The notes under the pieces: generated by a model
The model's database searches: none
The model's input: the letters and a program-made list of their open reading frames with translations, nothing else
Told to the model about the DNA's origin: nothing
Part shown: positions 45,228 through 55,223 of the stretch, one piece after another
Layout: each line of letters opens with the position of its first letter
Position numbering within the stretch: the first letter of the stretch is position 1
Assembly: GCA_043822385.1 (NCBI GenBank)
Contig: JBDRBT010000014.1
Span: forward strand, 164-64,163
DNA: 64,000 nt
From: Candidatus Micrarchaeota archaeon
GTDB taxonomy: Archaea; Micrarchaeota; Micrarchaeia; Norongarragalinales; Norongarragalinaceae
Direction of reading: 5' to 3'
Made by a program: the position numbers and the translations under genes

Positions 45228-45488
45228 ATGGCTGACGAAAAAAAAGAGCAACCAAAAGAAGCAGAACCAGTTTACGCTGGACTCGGTTATCCTGCAGAAG
45301 TAGTTGAAATAATTGGTAAAACGGGTGTTTTCGGTGAAATAAACCAAGTAATGTGTAAAGTCTTAGATGGAAGAGACCGAGGCAGAGTAATTCGAAGAAA
45401 CATTAAGGGACCAATTAAAAAAGGCGATTTCTTAATGCTGATTGAAACAGAACGAGAATCCAAGCCATTGAAAAACAAGAGGAAATGA
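45228..45488 (+). CDS. rps28e: 30S ribosomal protein S28e
   Basis: AEVVEIIGKTGVFGEINQVMCKVLDGRDRGRVIRRNIKGPIKKGDFLMLIETERE. Confidence 0.9.
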   Translation: MADEKKEQPKEAEPVYAGLGYPAEVVEIIGKTGVFGEINQVMCKVLDGRDRGRVIRRNIKGPIKKGDFLMLIETERESKPLKNKRK

Positions 45489-45492
45489 AAAT

Positions 45493-45651
45493 ATGAAGTG
45501 TTCTTATTGCAACCAAGAATATCCTACTGGAACTGGCTTCACGATTTACAAGAAAGCAGGCACTGCAGCTAATTACTGTGGCAAGAAATGCTTTACTAAC
45601 TCCAACAAGAGAAAAACAACAAAATGGATTAAGAAAACCAAAAAGAAATAA
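45493..45651 (+). CDS. rpl24e: 50S ribosomal protein L24e
   Basis: 52-aa ORF below the track threshold, translated by hand: MKCSYCNQEYPTGTGFTIYKKAGTAANYCGKKCFTNSNKRKTTKWIKKTKKK. It completes the conserved archaeal L7Ae-S28e-L24e string. Confidence 0.85.
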   Translation: MKCSYCNQEYPTGTGFTIYKKAGTAANYCGKKCFTNSNKRKTTKWIKKTKKK

Positions 45652-45670
45652 GTCTTTAGGGTAAAAACTA

Positions 45671-48010
45671 ATGTTAGCGGGAAAACTAGATTTCAAAGCT
45701 ATTCAAGACAAGTGGGTTAAAGAATGGCCTGACGAATTATACAAATTCAAAGGCGACTTGAAGAAAGAACCATTCATTATTGATTCACCGCCACCTTTTC
45801 CAACTGGAGAATTTCACGCTGGACACGTTTTGAACTGGTGTTACATTGATTTTACCGCCAGGTTCAAGAGAATGAACGGCTTCGACGTGTTGTTTCCTCA
45901 AGGATGGGACTGCCACGGCTTTCCAACTGAAGTAAAAGTAGAAAAAAAATACGGGAAAAAACTATCTAGACAAGAATTTTACGCTAAATGCATTGAATGG
46001 AGTCACGAAGTAATTGCTTCAATGAAAAGCCAAATGCACGAATTAGGCTTATCCATAGACTGGAGCAAGGAATACAAAACTATTGACGACGAATACAAAG
46101 CAAAAGTACAGTTGTCAGTACTAAAAATGTTCGGTAAAGGCCTAGTGTACAAAGGAAACGCGCCAGTATTATGGTGCACGCACTGCAAGAGCGCAATAGC
46201 TAAAGCAGAAACTGAAGAATTAGATAAAGAAACCCTCCTTAACTACTTGAATTTTAAAACGCCGTTAGGACAATTACCAATAGCAACCACTCGACCAGAA
46301 CTACTGCACGCTTGCGTTGCAGTAGCAATACACCCCGGTGACGAGCGTTACAAAAACTTGAATGGTGAAAAAGCAACAACGCCGTTAGGAAAAGAAGTAC
46401 CAATAATAATTGATGCAGACGTAGACAAAGACTTTGGTTCAGGAGCAGTAATGATATGCAGCTTCGGAGACAAACAAGACGTAATATGGATTAATAGACA
46501 CAATTTGCCAGTAATTCAAGGAATGAGTGAAGACGGTAAAATAATTAATTCAGAATTAACCGGAGGACTAAAAGCAAAAGACGCTCGAGAAAAACTCCTT
46601 GAGTTATTTAAAGAAAAAAAAGTGCTTACTAAACAAGAAAAAATAAAACAAACAGTGAAAATACACGACCGGTGCAAACACGAAATAGAATTACTAGAAT
46701 CAATCCAGTGGTTCATTAAACTAAAGGACAAGAAAGAATACTTCATTGATATTGGAAACAAAATGTACTGGTACCCATCTTACTATCATCAGACGTACAA
46801 CGATTGGGTTAATGGCTTGGAATGGGATTGGTGTATTTCCAGGCAAAGAATATTCGGAATACCCTTGCCTTTCTGGACTTGCGATTCATGCGGGAAAATA
46901 ATTCCAGCTAGCGAAAAAGAACTACCAATAGACCCAACTCAAACAAAGAAAAAATGCAGGTGCGGAGAAAACGCTACTGGAGTTGAAAGTGTTTTCGACG
47001 GCTGGATAGACTCAAGCATTACTCCACTAATAGTAACCGGCTGGCCTAAAGACTCGTTTAAAGATTATTACCCGACAACAATGAGGCCTCAAGGAAGCGA
47101 TATTATTCGCACTTGGGCGTTCTACACTGCATTCAGGTGTTTTGAATTAACCGGGCAACCTCCCTTTAAAGACATTGTAATAAACGGAATGGTTACGGGT
47201 CAAGACGGCAAAAAAATGAGCAAGAGTCTAGGTAACTACATTGAAGCAAAAGACGTACTCAAAAAATACGGGGCTGACGCATTAAGACAATGGGCCGCGT
47301 TAGCAGGAGCTACAGGTAAAGATAACGCATTCAGACTGCAAGACTTGCAATACGCTCAAGCATTCATTACTAAATTATGGAATGCAAGCAAATTCGTTTC
47401 AATTGCAACTAGCGACTACGAACACAAAAAAGCAGAAAAAACAATGGTTGACAAGTGGATTCTAGCAAAATTAAATGAAGCCAACAAGAAAGCCACAGCT
47501 TGCTTGAAGGAATACGATTATTACGGTGCATTAACTGCGATTCAAGCCTTTTTCTGGCACGATTATTGCGATTATTACTTAGAAGACGTTAAATACCGCA
47601 TTTACGACGACAAAAACAAGCAAGCAGCACAAGCAACATTGAAAGAAGTATTAGACACAAGCTTGAAATTATTAGCGCCTTTTGCGCCATTCATAACTGA
47701 AGAAGTATACTCGCAAACTAACAAAAAAAGCATTCACTCAACAGAATGGCCTGCAGCAAATAATGAAGATGCAGACAAAGAAACAATGCAGACAATAGAG
47801 GATTTTCACAAAATAGTTTCAATAATAAGACAATTTAAAACTAAAAACAACGTTTCGTTATCAACTCAAATAGAAACAATAAGCATTACCGGACCAGAAA
47901 CACAAATAAAAAGATTAGCAGACGTTATCGAAGACTTAAAAGGCGTGCTTAAAGCAAGCAATGTAAACTTCAAGGAGGGAGAAGAGTTAACTGCTGAAGC
48001 AAGCAGGTAG
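45671..48010 (+). CDS. valS: valyl-tRNA synthetase
   Basis: DSPPPFPTGEFHAGHVLNW, FPQGWDCHGFPTE, WCISRQRIFGIPLPFW, GKKMSKSLGN. The 779-aa length fits archaeal ValRS better than IleRS or LeuRS. Confidence 0.8.
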   Translation: MLAGKLDFKAIQDKWVKEWPDELYKFKGDLKKEPFIIDSPPPFPTGEFHAGHVLNWCYIDFTARFKRMNGFDVLFPQGWDCHGFPTEVKVEKKYGKKLSRQEFYAKCIEWSHEVIASMKSQMHELGLSIDWSKEYKTIDDEYKAKVQLSVLKMFGKGLVYKGNAPVLWCTHCKSAIAKAETEELDKETLLNYLNFKTPLGQLPIATTRPELLHACVAVAIHPGDERYKNLNGEKATTPLGKEVPIIIDADVDKDFGSGAVMICSFGDKQDVIWINRHNLPVIQGMSEDGKIINSELTGGLKAKDAREKLLELFKEKKVLTKQEKIKQTVKIHDRCKHEIELLESIQWFIKLKDKKEYFIDIGNKMYWYPSYYHQTYNDWVNGLEWDWCISRQRIFGIPLPFWTCDSCGKIIPASEKELPIDPTQTKKKCRCGENATGVESVFDGWIDSSITPLIVTGWPKDSFKDYYPTTMRPQGSDIIRTWAFYTAFRCFELTGQPPFKDIVINGMVTGQDGKKMSKSLGNYIEAKDVLKKYGADALRQWAALAGATGKDNAFRLQDLQYAQAFITKLWNASKFVSIATSDYEHKKAEKTMVDKWILAKLNEANKKATACLKEYDYYGALTAIQAFFWHDYCDYYLEDVKYRIYDDKNKQAAQATLKEVLDTSLKLLAPFAPFITEEVYSQTNKKSIHSTEWPAANNEDADKETMQTIEDFHKIVSIIRQFKTKNNVSLSTQIETISITGPETQIKRLADVIEDLKGVLKASNVNFKEGEELTAEASR

Positions 48011-48084
48011 TAAACGTTTTTAAACAAATCAAGGCATTATTAATTGCCTTATTATTTGAATTTTGAGAGGGCTAGTGTTATTAA

Positions 48085-48537
48085 ATGGCTAGATTACATT
48101 CACGCAAAAAAGGAAAAAGCGGTTCTAAAAAACCAGCTTCCAGCAATCTTACTAAAGTATTAAAGATCAAAAAGGAAGAAGTAGAAGAACTAATTGAAAA
48201 ACTAGCAAAAGAAGGACGAAAACCAGAAGAAATGGGCCAAATACTAAGAGACCAACACGGCATTCCTTCAGTTAAAGAAATAACTGGAAAAACAATGCAA
48301 CAAGTACTCAAAGAAAAAAAACTAGAACCTAAATACCCAAGTGACTTGCTTAATTTGATTACCAGAGCAGTAAAAATGAGAAAACACTTGAAAGACAACC
48401 GTACAGATACGTCAAATAAAGTAAAGTTAGTTCACGTTGAATCGAAAATAAAAAGACTCGTTCGTTATTACAGGGGCAACAAGCTTCCAAAAGACTGGGT
48501 ATACAATCCTGAAGAAGCTGCGTTGATAGTAAAGTGA
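48085..48537 (+). CDS. rps15: 30S ribosomal protein S15 (uS15)
   Basis: MARLHSRKKGKSGSKKP..., DLLNLITRAVKMRKHLKDNRTDTSNK. 150 aa. Confidence 0.9.
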   Translation: MARLHSRKKGKSGSKKPASSNLTKVLKIKKEEVEELIEKLAKEGRKPEEMGQILRDQHGIPSVKEITGKTMQQVLKEKKLEPKYPSDLLNLITRAVKMRKHLKDNRTDTSNKVKLVHVESKIKRLVRYYRGNKLPKDWVYNPEEAALIVK

Positions 48538-48541
48538 TTTA

Positions 48542-49216
48542 ATGGCTAATACTGAATTCAAGAAAAAAAACATTGACACGTGGAAAACCAAAAACTGGTA
48601 TACAACCATAGCGCCAAAATTCTTAGGCGAAGTGCAAACCACAAACATGGTGCCAGCAGGTGAAGAATCAACACTAATGAACCGCGTTTTAAAACTACCG
48701 CTAAAAGAAATAACGCACGACATTAAACACATTTACACTACAATAAAACTACGAGTTTACGAAACTAGAGACAAGAAAGCATTCACTAAATACATTGGAC
48801 ATTTTATGGCGAACGAATACATAAGCACGCTAATACGCAGAGGTAGAGATGCATTAGACATAGTGATACCAACCAAGTCAAAAGACGGCGTTGAATTCGT
48901 AATAAAAGCAGTAATAATAACTAATTCAAGATGCAGCGGAAAACAAAAGAAATCATTGAGAAACGCATTCAAACAAGAAGTATTGAATATAGCAAAAGAA
49001 TCTGAATTCGCTGAATTCGTCAGGCAAGTATTATTCAATCAATTTATTCAAACCATTCACAAGAAAATAAACAAGATAGCGCCAATAAGAAGAATAGAAA
49101 TAACTAAAGTTGAATTAACCGAAGTATTCGATGTAGAAGAAACAATGGACGTACCCACTCTTAAAAAAGAAGTAAAAGAAGAAAAGCCAGTTGAAACTGA
49201 AGAATCACCTAATTAA
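48542..49216 (+). CDS. rps3ae: 30S ribosomal protein S3Ae (eS1)
   Basis: KKKNIDTWKTKNWYTTIAPKFLGE... and the 224-aa length are typical of S3Ae. Confidence 0.9.
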   Translation: MANTEFKKKNIDTWKTKNWYTTIAPKFLGEVQTTNMVPAGEESTLMNRVLKLPLKEITHDIKHIYTTIKLRVYETRDKKAFTKYIGHFMANEYISTLIRRGRDALDIVIPTKSKDGVEFVIKAVIITNSRCSGKQKKSLRNAFKQEVLNIAKESEFAEFVRQVLFNQFIQTIHKKINKIAPIRRIEITKVELTEVFDVEETMDVPTLKKEVKEEKPVETEESPN

Positions 49217-50365
49217 GCTAGTTTCAGGGTAAAGCATACTCCAAGTAAACCAGTACGAAACCATTGACGAGATTTCAAGTAATTCAACTCCCTTGAACGA
49301 AGTTGATTTAATTGCTTTACCGTCAAAATTCCATGAACTCTTGCTTTTAGAATCAAACAAAGAAGAATTTTGAACAAAAAACAACAATTCAGTGCCATTA
49401 ACCACTCGATCAAATACTCGCGTCTCGTTAGTAACCGGGTTCCTTAAAACAAGAAGCTTTTCTCCATTAAACTCGTCATTCAAAACCACAGGAATAACCG
49501 ATACTTTGTAAGCGCGGTAATAATCTCCAGAATTAATTCCAAGCACAACTTCCTTAGCTCTCAAACGCAAATCCCGATTTGATGGCTCAAAGAAAATTCG
49601 CTCGTTAGACTCGTAATCACCATAAGGATACTGGTTATAAGGCAAATCCGTGTTTTCAGGCGCAAGTAATACTTTAGAATCATTATGTAAAACAAGCCAG
49701 TCACTCATTTTCATTAACTGCAAAGGAACGCGATCTAGCTTGCTTCCAGACAACTCGCCTTTAATTGCTAAACCAGTAAACTGGTGCCATAAAGACAAAG
49801 ACGCTGAATCAACTAACAACAAGTTGTTCTTGAAAACGTAGTCAGAAACCTCGAAAACAACGGTTTTCCCGTTCAAAACGCGTTTGAACGCAACGCGAGT
49901 AAAACAAGCAGGAGAAAATGAAACAACTATCGGCACGCCGTTAGCTTCATCATTAACTACTTGATGCCAATTCATTATACTCAAAGGATACGCTTTAGCT
50001 ACTCCGCTGAAATTCAAACCCAAAATAAGGGCTTCACCATTTAAATTCAAATTACTTGCTTTAGCAAACTTAGGCCACGTAATTGCGTTAGTACTACTGA
50101 AAGGAATAAAAGTATTCAAAGGAACTAAGTGTTTTACTCCACTAGATTCTTTAAAAACAAACTCGTTTTCGTGCGGAATTAATTCCTGAGGTTCGGCAAC
50201 CTTGATGTCAGGAGTTGGTTGTGGCGTGAAAACAGGCGTAACACTAAACGAAGGAATAGGTAAAGTCCGGTTTTGGTTGTCTATTGACTGGTTAGAATCA
50301 GAAGGAGCGTATTCAACGCAGCCAAGCAACAAAACAAAGCAAGCGAAGAAAAAAAAGTATTTCAT
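49205..50365 (-). CDS. DUF3179-domain lipoprotein-like secreted protein
   Basis: Signal with lipobox CFVLLLGC. AKAYPLSIMNWHQVVNDEANGVPIVVSFSPACFT...SLWHQFTGLAIKGELSG matches the DUF3179 pattern. Confidence 0.65.
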   Translation of the reverse strand: MKYFFFFACFVLLLGCVEYAPSDSNQSIDNQNRTLPIPSFSVTPVFTPQPTPDIKVAEPQELIPHENEFVFKESSGVKHLVPLNTFIPFSSTNAITWPKFAKASNLNLNGEALILGLNFSGVAKAYPLSIMNWHQVVNDEANGVPIVVSFSPACFTRVAFKRVLNGKTVVFEVSDYVFKNNLLLVDSASLSLWHQFTGLAIKGELSGSKLDRVPLQLMKMSDWLVLHNDSKVLLAPENTDLPYNQYPYGDYESNERIFFEPSNRDLRLRAKEVVLGINSGDYYRAYKVSVIPVVLNDEFNGEKLLVLRNPVTNETRVFDRVVNGTELLFFVQNSSLFDSKSKSSWNFDGKAIKSTSFKGVELLEISSMVSYWFTWSMLYPETSLIR

Positions 50366-50403
50366 TGCAAGAAATAACTACACGCAAGTAGTTTAAGTTT
50401 ATT

Positions 50404-50574
50404 CTATGGCTCTATGAAAAGCAAAACGTAAAGCAAAAACAAGAGTACTATAACCAAACCAGGATTTCCAGCGAAATCCCCGAAAAACCAAAGCACTTGT
50501 TGTTTTATTGACGCAAAGAACGCAATGAAAAACAATAATAAAACCAAGTTTAGTAGAGTAAGCGTAAAAAGCAT
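50404..50574 (-). CDS. unannotated small two-TM protein (56 aa), hypothetical
   Basis: Hand translation: MLFTLTLLNLVLLLFFIAFFASIKQQVLWFFGDFAGNPGLVIVLLFLLYVLLFIEP. It is below the track threshold and no homology is recognised. Confidence 0.3.
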   Translation of the reverse strand: MLFTLTLLNLVLLLFFIAFFASIKQQVLWFFGDFAGNPGLVIVLLFLLYVLLFIEP

Positions 50575-50757
50575 ATGCTAAAATAATGCATAAAAATAGT
50601 TTTTAAGTTATTCGGGTTCAGAGTTAATTAAATACTCTAACCGTTTGAAACTGTCTTTCCTGCACTTGAAAAACAAGTAAACCCCGAAAACAACGACTAA
50701 AGATAAGAAAAAGTAAAACCAACTCAAAAAGTCTAGGAAATCCAAAAACAAGCTCAC

Positions 50758-51486
50758 CTATTTCAAAGCATGCTTGACGGTATCAACAAAATGCTTGCTT
50801 TTAATCCACAAACCAATTTCTTCTTCTGGCGGTACACTATTATTCAAGAACAATAATGCTTGGTCATCAGCTAAAACAAGGCGTGAAGGCAATTCCTTGA
50901 CTTTCACATCGTGTTCTACATCTAGTTTTAATGGCGAAACTAAAGAAACATTAACTCCCCTTGAACGAGCTTTCTTCAAGTCCTTGGAATAAGCAGCTAA
51001 TTTTCGTTTCAATCCTTCAGAATCGCTTGCTAAAATAACGCTTTCTTTAGAACCAGTAATCATTGAACCGATTTTAGAGTAAATAGAATCCCTTCCCTTA
51101 AGCGTCCATACTACTTCTGGCGAAACAGGAGAATTAAGAGTAGATACTTTTAGTTTCTTTTGTAATTCCAAACCCACGTTTTCAACTAAAGCTAATTCTT
51201 CAATTAACTCGCCTTCTCTTTGTTTACTTATAGTCTTGATAGCTTCTTGCAAAGGCAAGGCGGCAAAACGAACTGGCCGGCCTTGTTGAATTGAAACAAA
51301 CCCTTTTTCCTGCAATTTAGTTAATACGTCGTAAATTCTTGGCCTAGGTAAACTAGCTCGTTCTGATAATTCACCAGCAGTGTGAGTCCCAAAAGTAGCC
51401 AAAGCATGATAAGCTTTGGATTCATACTCATTCAATCCTAATTGTTTTAATTGATTCAACGTCTCAAAATCAGGCACGTCATTCAT
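50758..51486 (-). CDS. TrmB-family transcriptional regulator (second copy)
   Basis: LKQLGLNEYESKAYHALATFGTHTAGELSERASLPRPRIYDVLTKLQEKGFV. Confidence 0.8.
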   Translation of the reverse strand: MNDVPDFETLNQLKQLGLNEYESKAYHALATFGTHTAGELSERASLPRPRIYDVLTKLQEKGFVSIQQGRPVRFAALPLQEAIKTISKQREGELIEELALVENVGLELQKKLKVSTLNSPVSPEVVWTLKGRDSIYSKIGSMITGSKESVILASDSEGLKRKLAAYSKDLKKARSRGVNVSLVSPLKLDVEHDVKVKELPSRLVLADDQALLFLNNSVPPEEEIGLWIKSKHFVDTVKHALK

Positions 51487-51531
51487 TACTTAGAACACCT
51501 TAATAAAAACTTCATTTTTTGTCATTAACCC

Positions 51532-51571
51532 ATAGTAACAATACTTTGTATTTACTATACAATAGTAACAA
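51532..51571. promoter_or_regulatory. two copies of ATAGTAACAA 30 bp apart flanking an inverted repeat, in a divergent promoter region
   Basis: ATAGTAACAA at 51532-51541 and 51562-51571. TTGTAT-N5-ATACAA at 51546-51562. TTTATATAT TATA-like at 51581-51589. The same decamer occurs (reverse complement) at 2267-2276 beside the other TrmB gene. Confidence 0.35.
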
Positions 51572-51629
51572 ACAAATACGTTTATATATGTTGTTATTCA
51601 GTAGTAATAACAGCTCTCATAGGAGCTGG

Positions 51630-53153
51630 GTGAAGAATAATTTGAAAAAAATACTATTATTGCTCATAGCGTTACTTCCATTAGTAACCTCGTTGAGCGT
51701 GTACGCTTCAGATGACTCAATAACACTAAGTGGAACAGAAGCCAGCGTATTCGTGTGGATAGGCACTAAAGGATTTGATTCAGCTAGTTTTAGTGCAGAA
51801 TTAGGGCCCTTAAACGGCTTTTTTGAAAATTCATTTATTGACGCAAACCGGGAAAAAGGAACTTACTTGCACATTAGCGCGCCAGACTGCGCTAAAGGGA
51901 GTTACGACGTAATAGTAAAAAGCAGGGCTTGCGCCGGAACAACTTGCATTCAAGCAAGCAAAACAATTAGAGTAAGCGTTTACCCAAGGCGCGAGTGCAT
52001 GTATACTTACGATTTAGGTAACGCGTTTGATTATTTTGATTACAACCCGTATTATGGAGACGGAGCAATAGTTTACAGTTCAATACGCAAGCACGAGTAC
52101 TTTGATCCTACTAACTACCAAGTGAGAATAAACACTCCTTCAGACTGCATTGAATTAACTGCAGGAAGCAGGGCTTCAATAAAAGCCAGAGTTTACAATG
52201 AAGGAAGCGCTACTACTCTTAACTACCGCTTGCTGGGAAACCAACACGAATTAAACGCAATTACGTCTAAAGAGTACTCTAACTTAGGTAGAAACGAAGC
52301 AGAAACAATACTAATTGACGTGAATCCATCTAACGTTAGAGATGGAACTTACTCATTAACTCTTCAAGCAAGCACTAGCAACACAGTAATAGGTGATTCT
52401 TCAATATGCGTGAAAGTAAAAAACATTAGGGATGCGGAACTAGAAATGCCTAGTTTGCTTAAAGGAAACACTTGCGAGCCAATATTTTTCAGCGCTACAG
52501 TACAAAACAAGGGAAGCGGTTATGATTCTTTTGAAGTAATCACGCCAGATTTTGTTTCAGTAAACCCAAACGTGTTTTCACTAGGACCAAGCGAATTTGC
52601 AGACCTTGAATTAATGATTGACACGAGTGTTTTGCAAGAAGGAAAAAGTAGCTTGCCAATAACCTTAAGCGAAAAAACAGAAGGAAAAACAGCAACAGGC
52701 ATAGCTACGCTAGAAATAACTAACTGCAATGAAAAACAAGCAAGTCAAGCAAGCGTTTCAAACATTACAAACAACCTATTCAAGTACACGGTATTAATTG
52801 AAAACACGGGTTCAAGTGACTTAACTAACGTGAAAATAAGAATTGAAGGCGTACCCGAATCCTGGAAACAAGAAAGTGATTCAATCACTATTCCAGCAGG
52901 CTCAAGCCAAAGCATTTCACTACTACTAACAAAAAATAGTGACGAAAAAGCAGAACCAGTATTAATCGTGGAATCAAACGGAAAAATAATCGACACGATT
53001 CCAATGCAAACAATTGAAGCAAACGCAAGCGGTTTAAGCGGCTTCTTTACTGCCTTAAACCAAAACAGCGTGTTCATAGGCGGGCTAGTGCTAGTAGCAA
53101 TAATCATAGTGCTTGCATTCTACGGTAGAAAAAGCAAAACAGAAAGCGAGTAA
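51630..53153 (+). CDS. large secreted protein with CARDB/S-layer-like beta domains and C-terminal TM anchor
   Basis: The in-frame GTG at 51630 follows a GGAG RBS (51622-51625) and gives the signal peptide VKNNLKKILLLLIALLPLVTSLSVYA. C-terminal TM segment VFIGGLVLVAIIIVLAF. The track start at 51519 adds an unlikely N-terminus. Confidence 0.6.
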   Translation: MKNNLKKILLLLIALLPLVTSLSVYASDDSITLSGTEASVFVWIGTKGFDSASFSAELGPLNGFFENSFIDANREKGTYLHISAPDCAKGSYDVIVKSRACAGTTCIQASKTIRVSVYPRRECMYTYDLGNAFDYFDYNPYYGDGAIVYSSIRKHEYFDPTNYQVRINTPSDCIELTAGSRASIKARVYNEGSATTLNYRLLGNQHELNAITSKEYSNLGRNEAETILIDVNPSNVRDGTYSLTLQASTSNTVIGDSSICVKVKNIRDAELEMPSLLKGNTCEPIFFSATVQNKGSGYDSFEVITPDFVSVNPNVFSLGPSEFADLELMIDTSVLQEGKSSLPITLSEKTEGKTATGIATLEITNCNEKQASQASVSNITNNLFKYTVLIENTGSSDLTNVKIRIEGVPESWKQESDSITIPAGSSQSISLLLTKNSDEKAEPVLIVESNGKIIDTIPMQTIEANASGLSGFFTALNQNSVFIGGLVLVAIIIVLAFYGRKSKTESE

Positions 53154-53191
53154 CTCGTTTTTATTACTCTTTCTTCTTTTTTTAATAAGCA

Positions 53192-53953
53192 ATGCTATCC
53201 ATAATTCAATTAACAGCAATCATTCTGCTCTTAGCAAGTAGCTTCTACTTCGTTTACTACGCAATAGACAAAAAAGAACGAAAAAAACACGCTAAAAGAA
53301 TTTTTTTAAGCATAATCGGCTTTGCCCTAGGCTTACTGCTCTTGTTAAACTTGTTAAATCCTTTCTTGCTAATGCAAGATACTACCGCAGCACCTCAAGA
53401 CTCGTCTTTAGTGAAATACCTCAAGCAAGCATACACTCAAAAAACCGAGCCCTTAATCTGCGAACAAAACGGTTTAGTTTACTGGCGCGAACTACGCGTA
53501 TACGAAATAGATACAGCTGAAGGTCATAAAAAAATAAGCACTATAACCCTGAATATTAAAAACAACGGGAATAAAGCAGTAACTAACATTATTGTTAAAG
53601 AAAAATTACCGTCAGCAGTAGCAACCGTGCCTGAAGAACTAATTGACTTTTCAATAAAACCCTTAAGATTCGAACAAGGCTCAGTAGTAGTAGACTGGCT
53701 ATTTGAAAACATTGAGCCTGAAGAAACAAAAAGCGTTTCATACACTGTAGAAAAAGAACTAGACGAAGAAGTATTAAACGAGTACGAAGCACCTAAAGTA
53801 GTTTCACAACAACTAGGGGATGAAACGCACTATCCCGCTGAGGAAAGAGACGTTGCAGCACAAGCCGGTTCAGTAGATTACAGCTTACTCGGATTAGTGG
53901 CAGTAATAGTAGTGTTAGGCGGAGTAATAGCGATTCTAGCTAGAAGACAATAA
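53192..53953 (+). CDS. bitopic membrane protein with extracellular beta domain
   Basis: 253 aa. N-terminal TM helices, a central segment ITLNIKNNGNKAVTNIIVKEKLP (CARDB-like), and a C-terminal TM LLGLVAVIVVLGGVIAIL. Confidence 0.5.
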   Translation: MLSIIQLTAIILLLASSFYFVYYAIDKKERKKHAKRIFLSIIGFALGLLLLLNLLNPFLLMQDTTAAPQDSSLVKYLKQAYTQKTEPLICEQNGLVYWRELRVYEIDTAEGHKKISTITLNIKNNGNKAVTNIIVKEKLPSAVATVPEELIDFSIKPLRFEQGSVVVDWLFENIEPEETKSVSYTVEKELDEEVLNEYEAPKVVSQQLGDETHYPAEERDVAAQAGSVDYSLLGLVAVIVVLGGVIAILARRQ

Positions 53954-54655
53954 CTCTAAATCCCTTAAATTCAAGTTGCGCACTCGCTTGTTTTCAATCA
54001 ATCCAGCTAAAGCATCAGCCTTGCTCTTAGAAAAGCCAGAATTAATCAAAGCCTTGCGTGCATTCTGATTTTTATGCGAAAACAACGCTCTAACTAAATC
54101 TTCATCAAGCTTAACTGGCTTGGTTTTCTTAGTAATTAAAACAACTATAGAATCAACTTTAGGAACAGGATCAAACGAATACCTACTCACGTCAAACAAC
54201 TTTTTTACGTCAGCTTTAGCTTGAGTAGTAACCGAAAGCCGCCCGTAATCTCTAGACCCGGGTTCTGCAATCAAGCGTTCAGCAAACTCCTTCTGCAGCA
54301 TTAACACTGCTTTCTTGAAATTACTGTCAAGCAACTTAAATAATAATTCAGAAGACAAGTGATAAGGAATATTACCAAAAACTAATTCAAAATCAAAACT
54401 AGATTTACGCGCATCAACAAAATTAACTTCAACATTAGTCAAACCCGTTAAATTCTCGTTAATTTTAGGCCTTAATTTAGAATCTATTTCCAAAGAAATT
54501 ACTCTAGCTGCACGCAAACCTAAAGCACGCGTAAGCAAGCCCTCACCAGCACCAATTTCAAGCACTACTTTATTCTTTAAAGGCACTGCGCCAGCAATAT
54601 CGCTAATAATGCTCCGGTCGCATAAAAAAACTTGGCTTAATTTTTTACTGCGCAT
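53936..54655 (-). CDS. ksgA: 16S rRNA (adenine1518/1519-N6)-dimethyltransferase KsgA/Dim1
   Basis: KKLSQVFLCDRSII, VLEIGAGEGLLTRAL, GNIPYHLSS. Confidence 0.9.
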   Translation of the reverse strand: MRSKKLSQVFLCDRSIISDIAGAVPLKNKVVLEIGAGEGLLTRALGLRAARVISLEIDSKLRPKINENLTGLTNVEVNFVDARKSSFDFELVFGNIPYHLSSELLFKLLDSNFKKAVLMLQKEFAERLIAEPGSRDYGRLSVTTQAKADVKKLFDVSRYSFDPVPKVDSIVVLITKKTKPVKLDEDLVRALFSHKNQNARKALINSGFSKSKADALAGLIENKRVRNLNLRDLELLSSS

Positions 54656-54657
54656 AA

Positions 54658-55215
54658 TTAGTACTGCTCTCTCCTAGGAGGCTTCACAAACAAGTAATAC
54701 TTTTCAATTCCTTTGAGTTCAGCGAGTATTCGTTGAATAAACAATTCTTGAACACTAACTAAATGCGGAATCCTCTTCTGCACGTCAGCAAAACTCTCGA
54801 AAGGCGTTTTCTCTCGTTCAGAAAGCAAAGCACTCAAATGTTTCTTTCCAACTGAAGGTAATTGTTCTAAAGTATGAGACCGAACACTAATCGATCCAGC
54901 CTTATTCAAGAAAGCAACTAACTCTTTCTCGCGAGAAACAACAATAAGCCTAATTGCTTGCTCTAACTCTTGTTGAGCACGAACAGTTAATTGATCAAAA
55001 GAAATTCTTTGCTTAATGTGATCAACCTTGTCTCGTTCTTCAGCGCCAATATATACTTTTTCAAACAAGTCGAACTTTACATCCGGCTTTACAACTACTT
55101 CCAATAAAGTAAATTGCACGTCGCCCACTACTTGCGCTAGAGACTCTTTAACCGCCTCGCCAGACTTTCCATGCGGCAAGTGGTCCAACAATAAGGCAAA
55201 ATCTTCTCTATTCAC
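54658..55215 (-). CDS. DUF655 archaeal HhH/OB protein
   Basis: LLLDHLPHGKS..., HTLEQLPSVGKKHLSALLSEREKTPFESFADVQKRI. It occupies the conserved position between rpoF and ksgA. Confidence 0.8.
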   Translation of the reverse strand: MNREDFALLLDHLPHGKSGEAVKESLAQVVGDVQFTLLEVVVKPDVKFDLFEKVYIGAEERDKVDHIKQRISFDQLTVRAQQELEQAIRLIVVSREKELVAFLNKAGSISVRSHTLEQLPSVGKKHLSALLSEREKTPFESFADVQKRIPHLVSVQELFIQRILAELKGIEKYYLFVKPPRREQY

Positions 55216-55223
55216 GAATTAAA

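Noticed and set aside
44748-45347. 199-aa minus-strand ORF
   Set aside because: It is antisense to the clearly recognisable L7Ae and S28e genes. The translation is Phe/Ser/Leu-rich mirror sequence with no motif.
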